A stretch of DNA of 63,153 nucleotides from an uncultured Gammaproteobacteria bacterium (lineage in GTDB: Bacteria; Patescibacteriota; Microgenomatia; UBA12405): assembly GCA_964497945.1 (NCBI GenBank), contig CAZCFJ010000001.1, positions 1 through 63,153 on the forward strand, written 5' to 3'. Shown piece by piece: positions 8,401 to 19,185 of this stretch (position 1 is its first letter; the number at the start of each line of letters is the position of its first letter). A program made the translations under genes and the position numbers. Under the pieces are notes generated by a model. It was not told where the DNA came from and searched no databases. It saw nothing but the letters and a program-made list of their open reading frames with translations.

Positions 8401-9669
8401 ATGATTGACATCAATTTGCTCCGACAAGAACCGGAAACCGTCCGTCAAGCATTAATTAATCGTCAAAAAGATTCATCCGTCGTTGACGAAATTATCAAAC
8501 TCGATTCCTCCCGCCGTGATCTTTTATCTAATGTTGAAAAACTTCGTGCTGATCAAAATATTCTCAGTCGTCAATTCAAAGGTAAACCAACAGAGGAACA
8601 AATTAAACAAGCCGGATCAATTAAAGAAAATCTTAAAAAATTAGAAACCGAATTAAAAGAAGTTGAAGACAAACAAAATTTAATTTTAGAAGAAATTCCT
8701 AATATTCCAGCGCCAGATGTTCCAGTTGGCAAAGATGATTCAGAAAATCCAGTTTACAAAACAGTAGGGGAACCGACCAAATTTGATTTTCAACCACTCG
8801 ATCATGCTGATCTTGGTGAAAAATTAGACATTATTGATGTCAAAAAAGCTGCCCAAGTCTCAGGTTCTCGTTTTGGTTATTTCAAAGGTCAAGGTGCTGT
8901 TCTCGAAATGGCTGTCATGTTTTATGCCTTCCAAAAACTTATCAAAAAAGGTTTTATCGGTATGATTCCTCCTGCCATGGTCAAAAGTTCTAGCGAATGG
9001 AAATGTGGTTATGCCAGCAACAAAAATTTATTTAATGCCTATTATTCTGCTCCCGAAGATGATTTAGTTTTTATCTCCAGTTCCGAACATGCTGTTGTTC
9101 CATATCACATGGAAGAAATTTTGGATGCTAATAATTTACCCTTAAAATACGTCAATTTTTCACCATGTTTCCGTCGTGAAGCCGGCACTTATGGTAAAGA
9201 TATGAAAGGTATGTTGCGGGTTCATTTTTTCAACAAAGTTGAAATGAATATCTTTACTCTTCCTGACTACAAAATTTCTGATGACATGTGTCTCGAAATG
9301 TTAGCCAACGAAGAAGAAATTATGCAGGAATTTGGTATCCCTTATCAGGTTGTCAAAAATTGTACCGGTGATTTACCTCAACCCAATCGTCGTATGTATG
9401 ATATTAATTCCTGGTTCCCCGGTCAAAACGCTTATCGTGAAACTCAATCGTGTAGTAATTGTGGTGATTATCAAGCCCGACGTCTCAACACTAAAGTCAA
9501 AATTAATGGCAAAAACGAATTTGTTCATATTCTCAACGCTACCATGATTACTGATCGAGCTGTTTTGGCTATCATCGAAAATCATCAACAAGCCGATGGT
9601 AGTGTCATTATTCCCGAATGTCTGCGTCCTTATACCAACTTTGACGTTATCAAACCTTCACAAAGCTAG
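8401..9669 (+). CDS. serS: Seryl-tRNA synthetase
   Basis: N-terminal coiled-coil arm, class II motifs CFRREAGTYGKD and TMITDRAVLAIIENHQ. Confidence 0.95.
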   Translation: MIDINLLRQEPETVRQALINRQKDSSVVDEIIKLDSSRRDLLSNVEKLRADQNILSRQFKGKPTEEQIKQAGSIKENLKKLETELKEVEDKQNLILEEIPNIPAPDVPVGKDDSENPVYKTVGEPTKFDFQPLDHADLGEKLDIIDVKKAAQVSGSRFGYFKGQGAVLEMAVMFYAFQKLIKKGFIGMIPPAMVKSSSEWKCGYASNKNLFNAYYSAPEDDLVFISSSEHAVVPYHMEEILDANNLPLKYVNFSPCFRREAGTYGKDMKGMLRVHFFNKVEMNIFTLPDYKISDDMCLEMLANEEEIMQEFGIPYQVVKNCTGDLPQPNRRMYDINSWFPGQNAYRETQSCSNCGDYQARRLNTKVKINGKNEFVHILNATMITDRAVLAIIENHQQADGSVIIPECLRPYTNFDVIKPSQS

Positions 9670-9682
9670 AGGAGCCACCCCA

Positions 9683-9718
9683 GTCCGGTTCCTTCAAAAT
9701 CTTTTGTCGGAACCGGAC
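9683..9718 (+). terminator. GC-rich hairpin downstream of serS (10-bp stem gtccggttcc/ggaaccggac, with an inner caaaa/ttttg extension). No clear U-tract.
   Basis: Inverted repeat read directly from the sequence. It is followed by gaaggtattt, so it is not a textbook intrinsic terminator. Confidence 0.4.
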
Positions 9719-9750
9719 GAAGGTATTTAAAATTAAATTTCCAACTAGTT

Positions 9751-9756
9751 TATAAT
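9751..9756 (+). promoter_or_regulatory. Candidate -10 box (TATAAT) for secA, 7 nt upstream of the ATG
   Basis: Perfect tataat at 9751-9756. No convincing -35 element. Confidence 0.3.
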
Positions 9757-9763
9757 TAAACTT

Positions 9764-12445
9764 ATGTTTTCACTCTTAAAAAATGTTTTTGACGACAATG
9801 CCAGACGGATTCGGTCGTATCAAAAATTAATTGACAAAATTAATTCTTTTGAACCAGAGATTACCAAACTAAACGACGAAGAGTTGTCTCAAAAAACTGT
9901 AACTTTCAAAAAACAACTCAAGAAAGGTAAAACTTTAGACGATCTTTTACCAGAAGCTTTTGCAGTTGTCCGTGAAGCTGTCAAACGTACTATTGGCGAA
10001 CGGGCTTATGATGTTCAGCTTATGTCAGCCATTACTCTTCATCAAGGTGCTATTGCCGAACAAAAAACCGGAGAAGGTAAAACTCATTCAGTTATTTTTC
10101 CGGCTTATTTAAACGCTCTAACCGGCAAAGGCGTTCATATCGTTACTCCAAACGATTATTTAACTCGTGTTGGTGCTGGTTGGTATCCTAAGGCTCTTCA
10201 TTTATTGGGTATTTCTACTTCTTGTTTAGTTCACGAGCAATCTTTCGTTTTAGACCCAGAATACACCGATGAATCGGAAAAAATTGATGACCGTTTAGCT
10301 CATCTAAAACCAGTTTCCCGCCAGGAAGCCTATTTAGCCGATGTTACTTACGGTACCAATAATGAATTTGGTTTCGATTATCTTCGTGACCATATGGCAC
10401 CTCACCAAGATCAAGTTGTTCAACGACCACATCACTTTGCCATTGTTGATGAAGTTGATTTTGTTCTTATTGATGAAGCTCGAACTCCCTTAATTATTTC
10501 TTCCCCCAACGATCAACCCACCGACAAATATTATAAATTTGCCAAAATTGCCGAACAACTTCAACCAACTGATTATGTTATCGACGAAAAGTCCCGTTCC
10601 GCCACTTTATCGGAATATGGTATTCGTAAAGTCGAAAGAACCTTAAATGTCACCAACTTATACGAAGAATCTTTTGAAACTATTCACTATATTGAAAATG
10701 CTATCAAAGCTCGAGCTTTATTTCACAAAGACAAAGATTATGTTGTCAAAGATGGTGAAATAATTATTGTCGATGAATTTACTGGTCGTATGATGAATGG
10801 TCGCCGTTGGTCGGATGGCCTTCATCAGGCTGTCGAAGCTAAAGAAGGTGTCACTGTCCAGCGTGAATCTCAAACTTGGGCTACTATCACTTTTCAAAAC
10901 TATTTCCGTCTTTACGAAAAACTCGCCGGTATGACTGGTACTGCCATGACCGAGGCCGAGGAGTTTAAAAAAATTTATGATCTTGATGTTGTTTCTATTC
11001 CTACTCATCGTCCAGTTCAACGTTCCGACCAACACGATTTAATTTTCAAAACTCAGCGATCAAAATATACTGCTATTGCCAATTTAGTTGAAGAAAAATA
11101 TAAAACCGGCCAACCAATTCTTATTGGTACTACTTCTATCGAAAAGAATGAAGTTATTTCATCTCTGCTTCGTAAAAAAGGTCTACCCCATCAAGTCTTA
11201 AATGCCAAAAATCATCGCTCAGAAGCTGAAATCATCGCCAAAGCTGGTAAAAAAGGCAGTATTACTGTGGCTACCAATATGGCTGGTCGAGGAGTCGATA
11301 TTATTCTTGGCGGTCCCAAAGATGGTATCGAAAAAGATAAATGGCAAAAAGAACACGACGAAGTTGTTAAATTGGGTGGTCTCTGTGTTATTGGTACCGA
11401 ACGCCATGAATCTCGTCGTATTGATAATCAATTGCGTGGTCGTGCTGGTCGTCAAGGTGATCCTGGCTATTCCCAATTTTATGTTGCTCTTGATGATGAT
11501 ATTATGCGTATCTTTGGTGGTGACAAAATTAGTTCCCTTATGGGTCGTTTTAATATGCCCGAAGATACCCCATTAACTCATCCGTTGGTTTCCAAGGTTA
11601 TCGAACAAATTCAGGTCAAAGTCGAAGGCTTTCATTTCGATGCTCGTAAAAATTTGGTCGAATATGATGATGTTATCAATAAACAACGTCAAATCGTTTA
11701 TCGTCTACGTGATCAGGTTTTATTAAATCAAAAAAATGATTCAGAAAAAAATCATGAATTAGTTTTCAAGTATTTATCCAATCAAATAAACAATTTGATA
11801 AGTATCAATACGTCTTATGAAACCGGAAAAATCGACTACGACAAGGCCACTTTAGAATTTATTGAAGTTTTACCATTAAATTCTTCTGGTCGTAGTGATC
11901 TTATTAAAGACCTCCAAAAAAGTGACAACCCTTCTGAAGTTTTAGTCCAAATTTTAGAAGACCAATGGCAATCTCGAGTTAAAATGTTTGGCAAAGAAAT
12001 TGCCGATAGTATTTTGGCCTTTTCTGTTGTCTCTACTCTTGATCCTCTTTGGGTCGAACATTTAACTGCTCTTGACGATCTACGTGATGGTGTTCGTCTT
12101 CGTGGTTATGCCCAAAAAGACCCACTAGTTGAATATCGTAAAGAGGGATTTGAGATGTTTCAGCGTTTAATGAATCAGTTTGAATATAATTTATCCAGAA
12201 AAATTTTCCGTCTCGAACCAGTTGCTCCTCAAACAGTCGTTCCTCAAAATGTTACCGAAGGTAGGGGAGCTACTCTCGAAAATCAACCTAGATCAAATAG
12301 TCAAACCAATAATGATGATCAAACAGTTGAATTACCTCCGTTGCCTCAACCAATTAAGAAAGATAAAATCGTCGGTCGCAACGATCTTTGTCCCTGTGGT
12401 TCGGGTAAAAAATATAAAAAGTGTTGTTATCCAAAATTCGGGTAA
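9764..12445 (+). CDS. secA: Preprotein translocase ATPase SecA with a C-terminal zinc-binding tail
   Basis: Contains AEQKTGEGKTH (Walker A), DEVDFVLIDEARTPLIIS and the C-terminal CPCGSGKKYKKCC. Confidence 0.97.
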   Translation: MFSLLKNVFDDNARRIRSYQKLIDKINSFEPEITKLNDEELSQKTVTFKKQLKKGKTLDDLLPEAFAVVREAVKRTIGERAYDVQLMSAITLHQGAIAEQKTGEGKTHSVIFPAYLNALTGKGVHIVTPNDYLTRVGAGWYPKALHLLGISTSCLVHEQSFVLDPEYTDESEKIDDRLAHLKPVSRQEAYLADVTYGTNNEFGFDYLRDHMAPHQDQVVQRPHHFAIVDEVDFVLIDEARTPLIISSPNDQPTDKYYKFAKIAEQLQPTDYVIDEKSRSATLSEYGIRKVERTLNVTNLYEESFETIHYIENAIKARALFHKDKDYVVKDGEIIIVDEFTGRMMNGRRWSDGLHQAVEAKEGVTVQRESQTWATITFQNYFRLYEKLAGMTGTAMTEAEEFKKIYDLDVVSIPTHRPVQRSDQHDLIFKTQRSKYTAIANLVEEKYKTGQPILIGTTSIEKNEVISSLLRKKGLPHQVLNAKNHRSEAEIIAKAGKKGSITVATNMAGRGVDIILGGPKDGIEKDKWQKEHDEVVKLGGLCVIGTERHESRRIDNQLRGRAGRQGDPGYSQFYVALDDDIMRIFGGDKISSLMGRFNMPEDTPLTHPLVSKVIEQIQVKVEGFHFDARKNLVEYDDVINKQRQIVYRLRDQVLLNQKNDSEKNHELVFKYLSNQINNLISINTSYETGKIDYDKATLEFIEVLPLNSSGRSDLIKDLQKSDNPSEVLVQILEDQWQSRVKMFGKEIADSILAFSVVSTLDPLWVEHLTALDDLRDGVRLRGYAQKDPLVEYRKEGFEMFQRLMNQFEYNLSRKIFRLEPVAPQTVVPQNVTEGRGATLENQPRSNSQTNNDDQTVELPPLPQPIKKDKIVGRNDLCPCGSGKKYKKCCYPKFG

Positions 12446-12453
12446 AATAAATT

Positions 12454-13470
12454 ATGCTAAGTTTTAAATTTACGGCCAAAAAAGTTTGGCGAGAAATCGA
12501 TCGATCATCCAAAATTCTTCTTCATCTTCATCCGGGCCCGGATGGTGATTCAGTTGGTTCTGCCTTGGCCATGTACCACGTTCTCAAATCTCTAAATAAA
12601 GATATTACCCTAATTCAAGGTGACAGTGACTTACCAAAAAATTTATCCACTTTACCCGGTGCTGACAAAATTATTCCCAAAAATATCTTTCAAATCGATT
12701 TAAATCAATATGATTTATTTATTATTCTTGACTCATCATCAATCAAACAAGTCAGTCGTCTTGGTGATCTAAAATTCCCTAAAAAACTGAAAACAGTTTG
12801 TATTGATCATCACGTTAGTAGTGAAAAATTTGCCAACATTAATTTAATTATGTCTTCAAGTTCCTCAACTTGCCAAGTAATTTATGAGTTACTCAATCTT
12901 AGAAAAATAAAAATAACCCCAAAAATTGCTGCTTGTATTTATACTGGTATTTATACCGACACTGGCGGTTTTAAATATTTCAATCCTACTTATAAAACCT
13001 TCAATATAGTCTCTCAGTTAGCCAAAATTTATCCAAAATTCCCAGATATTATTTTTAATATTGAAAACACCGATCAACCGGATCGTCTTAAATTTATTTC
13101 TCTTCTTCTTGGTTCAATTGAAACATTTTTTTCTGACCATGTTGCCATTGCCTCTATTTCTTTTGATGAAATTCAAAAAAATAAAATCAACTCCACCTCC
13201 ATGTTCAATACAGATGTTTCTAATATGATCAAGGCTGTTGTTGGTTGGGATATTGCCCTAACTTTAGTCGAAATTCAACCAGAAACAATCAAAATTAGTC
13301 TGCGTACCCGTGATAGTCAAAAATATGATTTGGCTAAAATTGCTGTTGCCACTAAAAATGGTGGTGGTCACAAAGCCGCCGCCGGAGCTACTTTAAATAT
13401 GTCTCTTCCTCAAGCCAAAGAAGCCATTTTAGCTCTTATTAAGAAACTTTATCCCAAAATTGATAAATAA
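12454..13470 (+). CDS. DHH/DHHA1 phosphoesterase (NrnA-like oligoribonuclease/pAp phosphatase)
   Basis: Contains HLHPGPDGDSVGSALAM, CIDHHVS and GGGHKAAAGA. Confidence 0.8.
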   Translation: MLSFKFTAKKVWREIDRSSKILLHLHPGPDGDSVGSALAMYHVLKSLNKDITLIQGDSDLPKNLSTLPGADKIIPKNIFQIDLNQYDLFIILDSSSIKQVSRLGDLKFPKKLKTVCIDHHVSSEKFANINLIMSSSSSTCQVIYELLNLRKIKITPKIAACIYTGIYTDTGGFKYFNPTYKTFNIVSQLAKIYPKFPDIIFNIENTDQPDRLKFISLLLGSIETFFSDHVAIASISFDEIQKNKINSTSMFNTDVSNMIKAVVGWDIALTLVEIQPETIKISLRTRDSQKYDLAKIAVATKNGGGHKAAAGATLNMSLPQAKEAILALIKKLYPKIDK

Positions 13471-13527
13471 AAAATGTTTTAACTTTCTACTTTATAATTT
13501 TCTAACTTTTTGCTTTATACTTATCTA

Positions 13528-13935
13528 ATGGATGGGTGCATTTTTTGCAAAGTTATCAAAGGTGAAATTCCATGCTATAAAGTCTACGAAGACGAACTTT
13601 TTTTAGCTTTTTTAGATATTAATCCTCTCAATTTAGGTCACACCTTAGTTATACCCAAACAACATTTTCAATGGGTCGACGAAGTCGAACCATACGATCA
13701 ATATTGGCAACTCACCCGTAAATTAAGTCAGGCTATTCAAAAAGCTACTAACTCAGTTTTAGTTTCTAAAATAGTTTATGGCCTCGGTGTTCCTCATGCT
13801 CATATTCATCTTGTCCCAAAATATGAAAAAGACGATCATATTGGTGGTATTCATCCCAACAATATTAAAACTATCTCTTCAGCAGAAATGACTCAAATCG
13901 CTCAAAAAATTAGCGCCTGTTTTTCTCAAATTTAA
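13528..13935 (+). CDS. HIT-family nucleotide hydrolase/transferase
   Basis: Contains CIFCKVIKGEIP and the histidine triad HAHIHLVP. ATG 13528 is preferred over the TTG at 13510. Confidence 0.85.
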   Translation: MDGCIFCKVIKGEIPCYKVYEDELFLAFLDINPLNLGHTLVIPKQHFQWVDEVEPYDQYWQLTRKLSQAIQKATNSVLVSKIVYGLGVPHAHIHLVPKYEKDDHIGGIHPNNIKTISSAEMTQIAQKISACFSQI

Positions 13936-15812
13936 TTTCCAGCTCTCTGTGCCCTCACTCGGTCAACCTTAGTCAAAAGTTTTTTGCGTAATCTAATCTT
14001 TTGCGGAGTTACGTCAATTAATTCATCGCTATTGATAAAATCCAAAGATTCTTCAATCGAGTATTTTACTGCTGGAGCCAAAACGATGTTGTCATCATTT
14101 CCTGCCGAACGAGTATTAGTCAAATGTTTACCCTTACAAATATTGATTTCTAAATCTCCTTCAACAGGTCTTAAACCTACAATTTGACCCTCATACACTT
14201 GTTCGTTAGGGTCAATAAAATTAGTTCCTCGGTGTTGAGCCAAATCCAAACCAAAAGATAAAGCTTTACCAGTTTCAAAAGCAATCATGACTCCGTTTCT
14301 TTCTTTTTTATTTTCATCTTGTTTTGGTTCATAACCCAAAAATAGGGTATTAATTGATACAGTTCCTTTTGTTGCTGAGACTAAAGCGTTACGTAAACCC
14401 AAACCATTTCTTTCACTAATTTTATAAGTCATTCTAGTTCCAGTTTTATCATCAGTTGTCATATCCAACATTTCGCCTTTTCGTTTTCCTAATTCTGCGG
14501 TAACTGTTCCTACATATTCTTCTGGAGTAATAATTATCATCTCATTAAATGGTTCACATACTTTTCCATCAATTGTTTTCAAAATTACTTCCGGTTTACC
14601 TACTTCCATAGCATAACCTTCACGTCGTAATTTTTCGATTAATATGGCTAAATGTAATTCACCTCTTCCCGAAACTAAAACTCTAATTGCATCTTTTGGA
14701 TCATCTTCAATTTTCAAACCCAAATTAGTTTCTACCTCTTCATTTAGTCTGGCTTTAAGTTCCCGACTGGTCAAAAATTTAGCCTCATCTTTGGCAAAAA
14801 TACTAGTGTTTGGTCCAAAACTAGCTTTAAGTGTTGGCGGTGTAATTTCAATTGCCGGCAACGCCACTTGGCAATTTATATCAGTTAAAGTTTGTCCGAT
14901 TTCAATTTCATTAATTCCGGCAATATAGACAATTTCCCCTGAACCAGCCTCAGTTACCTCTACTTTATTAATTCCTTCGTTAATATACATTCTTTCCACT
15001 CTAAAATTACCTTTAGTTTTTTGATCTGGATTAACCAAAGATACCGACATTCCTTTATTAATTTTTCCTTTATTAATTCTTCCCACGGCTAATTTACCCA
15101 AATATTCATTTTTTTCAAAATTAGATACCAACATTTGAAAAGGGGAGTCAATATCTCTTACCGCATTAGGAATAGTTTCCAAAATTTGTTCAAAAACGGG
15201 ACTAATATCAGCTTCTTGCTCCATATTTTCCGGCATTTGGTAAAAAGCTTTACCGTCTCTTCCGATACAGTAAATAACTGGAAAATCTAATAATTCCGGA
15301 TCATCTACCAAAGATAAAAATAAATTTTCTGTATCAGCTAAAACTTTCTTAACTTGTTGATCTTTTCGGTCAATTTTATTGATTATCAAAATAACCTTCA
15401 ATTTATTTTCCAAAGCTCTTTTTAATACAAACTTTGTTTGTGATAACGGCCCTTCAGCTGCATCCACAATCAACAACACTCCGTCAACCATATTTAATAC
15501 CCGTTCTACTTCACCGCCAAAATCAGCGTGTCCTGGAGTATCCACGATATTAATTTTTGTAGTTTTGCTTTGCTCCGCCGAAGCTTTACGCGAAGGAGAG
15601 TAAAAGACTGAAGTATTTTTCGATAGAATTGTAATTCCCTTTTCTCTTTCCAAATCATTACTGTCCATAATTCGGTCCATTTTCATTTCGTCTTGGTTAT
15701 CTCTAAAAGTATGAGTCTGTTTCAACAAAGCATCCACCAAAGTAGTCTTGCCATGGTCTACATGGGCAATCACAGCAACATTTCGAATATCAGTCAAATT
15801 AGGCATTCGCAT
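13932..15812 (-). CDS. typA: Translational GTPase TypA/BipA
   Basis: Contains [31 protein letters not shown] and NKIDR. The length and C-terminal domain are typical of BipA. Confidence 0.93.
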   Translation of the reverse strand: MRMPNLTDIRNVAVIAHVDHGKTTLVDALLKQTHTFRDNQDEMKMDRIMDSNDLEREKGITILSKNTSVFYSPSRKASAEQSKTTKINIVDTPGHADFGGEVERVLNMVDGVLLIVDAAEGPLSQTKFVLKRALENKLKVILIINKIDRKDQQVKKVLADTENLFLSLVDDPELLDFPVIYCIGRDGKAFYQMPENMEQEADISPVFEQILETIPNAVRDIDSPFQMLVSNFEKNEYLGKLAVGRINKGKINKGMSVSLVNPDQKTKGNFRVERMYINEGINKVEVTEAGSGEIVYIAGINEIEIGQTLTDINCQVALPAIEITPPTLKASFGPNTSIFAKDEAKFLTSRELKARLNEEVETNLGLKIEDDPKDAIRVLVSGRGELHLAILIEKLRREGYAMEVGKPEVILKTIDGKVCEPFNEMIIITPEEYVGTVTAELGKRKGEMLDMTTDDKTGTRMTYKISERNGLGLRNALVSATKGTVSINTLFLGYEPKQDENKKERNGVMIAFETGKALSFGLDLAQHRGTNFIDPNEQVYEGQIVGLRPVEGDLEINICKGKHLTNTRSAGNDDNIVLAPAVKYSIEESLDFINSDELIDVTPQKIRLRKKLLTKVDRVRAQRAGN

Positions 15813-15883
15813 ATTCTACTACAAGATCATAATAATTCAATCATTAAATGATATCAAATTATTCCAATATATCGACAATTTTG

Positions 15884-15889
15884 TATAAT
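15884..15889 (+). promoter_or_regulatory. Candidate -10 box (TATAAT) 5 nt upstream of ATG 15895, in a leaderless-type arrangement
   Basis: ttgTATAATtattcATG read directly. The -35 element (attcca at 15861-15866) is weak. Confidence 0.35.
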
Positions 15890-15894
15890 TATTC

Positions 15895-16665
15895 ATGTCA
15901 AAAAATAAATTAATTTTGATTCCAATTATTTTGGTTGTATTTGCTAGTTTTTATCTCATTTTTTTTAAAAAATATCCTATTCAAAAAGTTGAAAACAAAA
16001 TTACCCAAATTTCCCAAAAAGTTGATGAAATTAAAGAAACTATAGCTCCCGTTCCTACTAAAATTCTTGACTCTGGCCTTCCCGATAAACATTTAATCAA
16101 AACTGCTTTTGTCCCTCAGTCACCAGAAAAAAATTGGGATCAACCATGGCAAGATGCCTGTGAAGAAGCTTCACTTTTAACCGTCGATTATTATTATCGT
16201 CAAATTACCCAATCTAATCCTCAAATAATAAAAAATGATCTTCAAAAAATATTTGAATTTGAAACTCAGCAATCTTTTACTCATGATGTTAATGTAGACC
16301 AGATGGCTTTAATTGCTCAAAATTATTTAAAATATACTCCAAAAATTATTAACAACCCCACAATTGATGACTTTAAAAAATATTTATCTCAAGATATTCC
16401 TATTATTATTCCAGCTAATGGCAAAATTCTTTATCAAGAAAATAAACATTTTAAAGACGGCGGCCCTTACTATCACAATCTAGTTATTCTTGGTTACGAT
16501 GATAATATTCAAAAATTTACGGTTCACGACGTTGGTACCCAATTCGGCGCTTATTTCAAATATACCTATTCATTACTTATGAAGAGTATTCACGATTTTC
16601 CTCAAACTCTCAAAAAAGAGGATATTGAGCTCGGCGATAAAAAAGTCTTAATTCTGCTAAAATAA
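15895..16665 (+). CDS. Secreted/anchored peptidase C39-like cysteine peptidase domain protein
   Basis: N-terminal TM/signal segment, Cys motif QPWQDACEEASLL, and His/Asp candidates in YHNLVILGYDD and VHDVG. Confidence 0.5.
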   Translation: MSKNKLILIPIILVVFASFYLIFFKKYPIQKVENKITQISQKVDEIKETIAPVPTKILDSGLPDKHLIKTAFVPQSPEKNWDQPWQDACEEASLLTVDYYYRQITQSNPQIIKNDLQKIFEFETQQSFTHDVNVDQMALIAQNYLKYTPKIINNPTIDDFKKYLSQDIPIIIPANGKILYQENKHFKDGGPYYHNLVILGYDDNIQKFTVHDVGTQFGAYFKYTYSLLMKSIHDFPQTLKKEDIELGDKKVLILLK

Positions 16666-16670
16666 ACTAT

Positions 16671-17279
16671 ATGAATCAAAAATTTAAATTGCTCAGTTTG
16701 ATTATTGTTTCATCTTTATTTATTTCCGGTTGTAGCCTTAAAAAAACAACCACCGATAAAAACAATCAAAATATGGATCTCAATACACCAGTCACTCCTA
16801 CCACTAATATTACAGTCAGTCCTACCGGTAAACAAACCAAAGAAAACCCGATAGTTTCCTTAAAAACCAAAAACGGTGAAATTCTTATCAAGTTATATCA
16901 AGATAAAACTCCCAAAACCGTCGCTAATTTTATTAAAAAAGCTGACAGTGGATTTTATAACGGTTTATCCTTTCATCGAGTAATTTCTGGTTTTATGGCC
17001 CAGGGTGGCGATCCAACGGGTACTGGTATGGGTGGCGGCAAACAAGACTCTGAGTTAAATAATGTCCCATTTGTTCGTGGTAGCCTTGGTTTAGCTAGAA
17101 CCGCTGAAACTAAATTAGTTAGTAATGATAGTCAATTTTTTATCTGTTTTACCACCGAAGGTTGCCAACATTTAACTTCAGATTATGTTAATTTTGGTGA
17201 AGTTATTTCCGGTCTTGATGTTCTCGATAAAATCACCCAAGGTGACAAAATTATTAGTATTACCTCCAAAACTAAATAA
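16671..17279 (+). CDS. Cyclophilin-type peptidyl-prolyl isomerase, lipoprotein
   Basis: Lipobox LFISGC, then FHRVISGFMAQGGDPTGTGMGG. Confidence 0.9.
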   Translation: MNQKFKLLSLIIVSSLFISGCSLKKTTTDKNNQNMDLNTPVTPTTNITVSPTGKQTKENPIVSLKTKNGEILIKLYQDKTPKTVANFIKKADSGFYNGLSFHRVISGFMAQGGDPTGTGMGGGKQDSELNNVPFVRGSLGLARTAETKLVSNDSQFFICFTTEGCQHLTSDYVNFGEVISGLDVLDKITQGDKIISITSKTK

Positions 17280-17719
17280 TGGTTAAACGAGCTACTTATT
17301 TTATTGTCGCAATTTTTATTTTTGCTGGTCTTTTTTGGTTTTTATCTCAACCGCCAAAAAATAATTCTAACTCCGACAACTCAAATGCAAACGCTGAAGA
17401 AAAAGATATTTACAAGGATTTTCCAGTTTACGATAATCCAAATTTGGTTTTTTATTGGGGAAACGGCTGTCCTCATTGTGAAAATGTCGAAAAATGGTTA
17501 AAAGAAAATAACTCTGATCAAAAAATAAAAGTAAATTATAAAGAAGTTTATTACAATAAAAATAATCAAACAGAACTTTATAATACTGCTCAACAATATT
17601 GCCCGGAAATAATTCAGGATGGTAACATTGGTGTTCCTACTGGATTTGATCCTGTCAATAAAAAATGTATCCAGGGTGATAACCCGATTATCGAGTTTCT
17701 TTCCGCCAAGTTAAAATAA
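17279..17719 (+). CDS. Membrane-anchored thioredoxin-fold thiol-disulfide oxidoreductase (CPHC motif)
   Basis: N-terminal TM segment. WGNGCPHCENV carries the same CPHC tetrad as DsbA. TAATG overlap with the upstream gene. Confidence 0.6.
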   Translation: MVKRATYFIVAIFIFAGLFWFLSQPPKNNSNSDNSNANAEEKDIYKDFPVYDNPNLVFYWGNGCPHCENVEKWLKENNSDQKIKVNYKEVYYNKNNQTELYNTAQQYCPEIIQDGNIGVPTGFDPVNKKCIQGDNPIIEFLSAKLK

Positions 17720-17723
17720 TTAA

Positions 17724-18107
17724 ATGGCCAAAAAATCTAAGCCCCAAAAAATTACTTTTGGTAGTATTATTCGATTGACTATTTTTGGAATTATCGTCTT
17801 TTTTCTAATTAATTGGCTTAGTCGGTCAAAAAACCCAACTATTTCATCAAATGACCCAACTTTATTTGTTGGTGAGACAATTGAACCATCCAATGTTTTG
17901 GGTGATATGTATTCCAAACTACCGGAAGATAGTCGCCATCAAATAGAAACTTTTAATCAAACTCAGGTTGGAAAATTCATTTTTAACTCTACCGAATATA
18001 TTAAATCTAAACTTGACGGCTTTCCTCAAAAACAAATCAAAGAAATTAAAAAGGGGATTATTAAAAATATTTCTGATGATATGATTAAAAACATTGACCA
18101 AAATTAA
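17724..18107 (+). CDS. Hypothetical membrane-anchored protein (127 aa)
   Basis: ORF with one N-terminal TM segment, tightly packed in the operon. Confidence 0.5.
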   Translation: MAKKSKPQKITFGSIIRLTIFGIIVFFLINWLSRSKNPTISSNDPTLFVGETIEPSNVLGDMYSKLPEDSRHQIETFNQTQVGKFIFNSTEYIKSKLDGFPQKQIKEIKKGIIKNISDDMIKNIDQN

Positions 18108-18109
18108 TT

Positions 18110-19183
18110 ATGAACTCATTTTCCGAACTTCAAGAAAAATTTACTGCCATCAAATTAAAACTAAAATTCGAAGATAACCTTCAAAAATTATCTGAATTAG
18201 AAAAAGAATCTCAAAACCCTAATCTTTGGGATAATCCTGCTCAAGCTCAAGAACTTCTGCAAAATATCGCTAACCTTCAAAAAAATATCCAACTGATTAA
18301 AGAAATCGATTCAGATATTTCTATTCTTGATGAATTTATTCAACTATCTGGAGAATCACCTGATTCGTCGTTGGAAATGGAAATTTCTAATTCTTTAGAA
18401 ACTTTAAACCAAAAAATATCTTCACTTGAAATTCAAACTTATTTATCTGGAAAGTATGATGCTAAATTTGCTTTACTTTCAATTCACGCTGGCCAAGGTG
18501 GTACTGAAGCTATGGATTGGGCTTCTATGTTACAACGCATGTATTTTCGTTATTTTGAACGCAAAGATTGGAAATATGAAGTAGTCGATTTAATTCCTGG
18601 TGAAGAAGCTGGTATTAAATCTGTTCATTTTAAAATTTCTCATCCGTTTGCTTATGGCTATCTCAAAAAAGAATCAGGAGTTCATCGTTTAGTTCGACTT
18701 TCACCCTTCAATGCCGATCAACTTCGTCAAACATCATTTGCCAAAGTTGAAGTTGTTCCAATTCTAGATTTTTCTTCAGATTTTAAAATTCCCGAATCAG
18801 AAATAGAATTTTCTGCTTTTCGTTCTGGCGGTAATGGTGGTCAAAATGTCAACAAAGTTTCTACTGCCGTTCGTTTGGTTCATAAACCAACAGGAATCAG
18901 TGTTTCCTGTCAAAGCCAACGCGGTCAAGAACAAAATCGTGAACTAGCTCTTCAAATGTTAACTTCTAAACTTTGGGCTATCGAAGAAGAAAAACAAAAC
19001 CAAGAAAAAAAAGATATTAAAGGTGAAAATGTGGTTGCTGGTTGGGGACACCAAATTCGATCTTATGTTCTTCACCCCTACAAAATGGTTAAAGATTTGC
19101 GAACCCGTTACGAAACATCCGATACTACGGCTGTTTTAGACGGTGATCTTGACGTTTTTATAGAAGCTGAATTAAAATTGTAA
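18110..19183 (+). CDS. prfB: Peptide chain release factor 2, encoded in a single uninterrupted frame
   Basis: GGQ motif ([18 protein letters not shown]) and the RF2-specific SPF motif (RLSPFNADQ). Confidence 0.93.
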   Translation: MNSFSELQEKFTAIKLKLKFEDNLQKLSELEKESQNPNLWDNPAQAQELLQNIANLQKNIQLIKEIDSDISILDEFIQLSGESPDSSLEMEISNSLETLNQKISSLEIQTYLSGKYDAKFALLSIHAGQGGTEAMDWASMLQRMYFRYFERKDWKYEVVDLIPGEEAGIKSVHFKISHPFAYGYLKKESGVHRLVRLSPFNADQLRQTSFAKVEVVPILDFSSDFKIPESEIEFSAFRSGGNGGQNVNKVSTAVRLVHKPTGISVSCQSQRGQEQNRELALQMLTSKLWAIEEEKQNQEKKDIKGENVVAGWGHQIRSYVLHPYKMVKDLRTRYETSDTTAVLDGDLDVFIEAELKL

Positions 19184-19185
19184 CT

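Noticed and set aside
18110-18250. Programmed +1 frameshift site in prfB
   Set aside because: The RF2 gene is a single 357-codon ORF from its ATG, with no in-frame TGA or CTTTGAC-like site near codon 25. The autoregulatory frameshift is simply absent, which also occurs in a minority of other bacteria.
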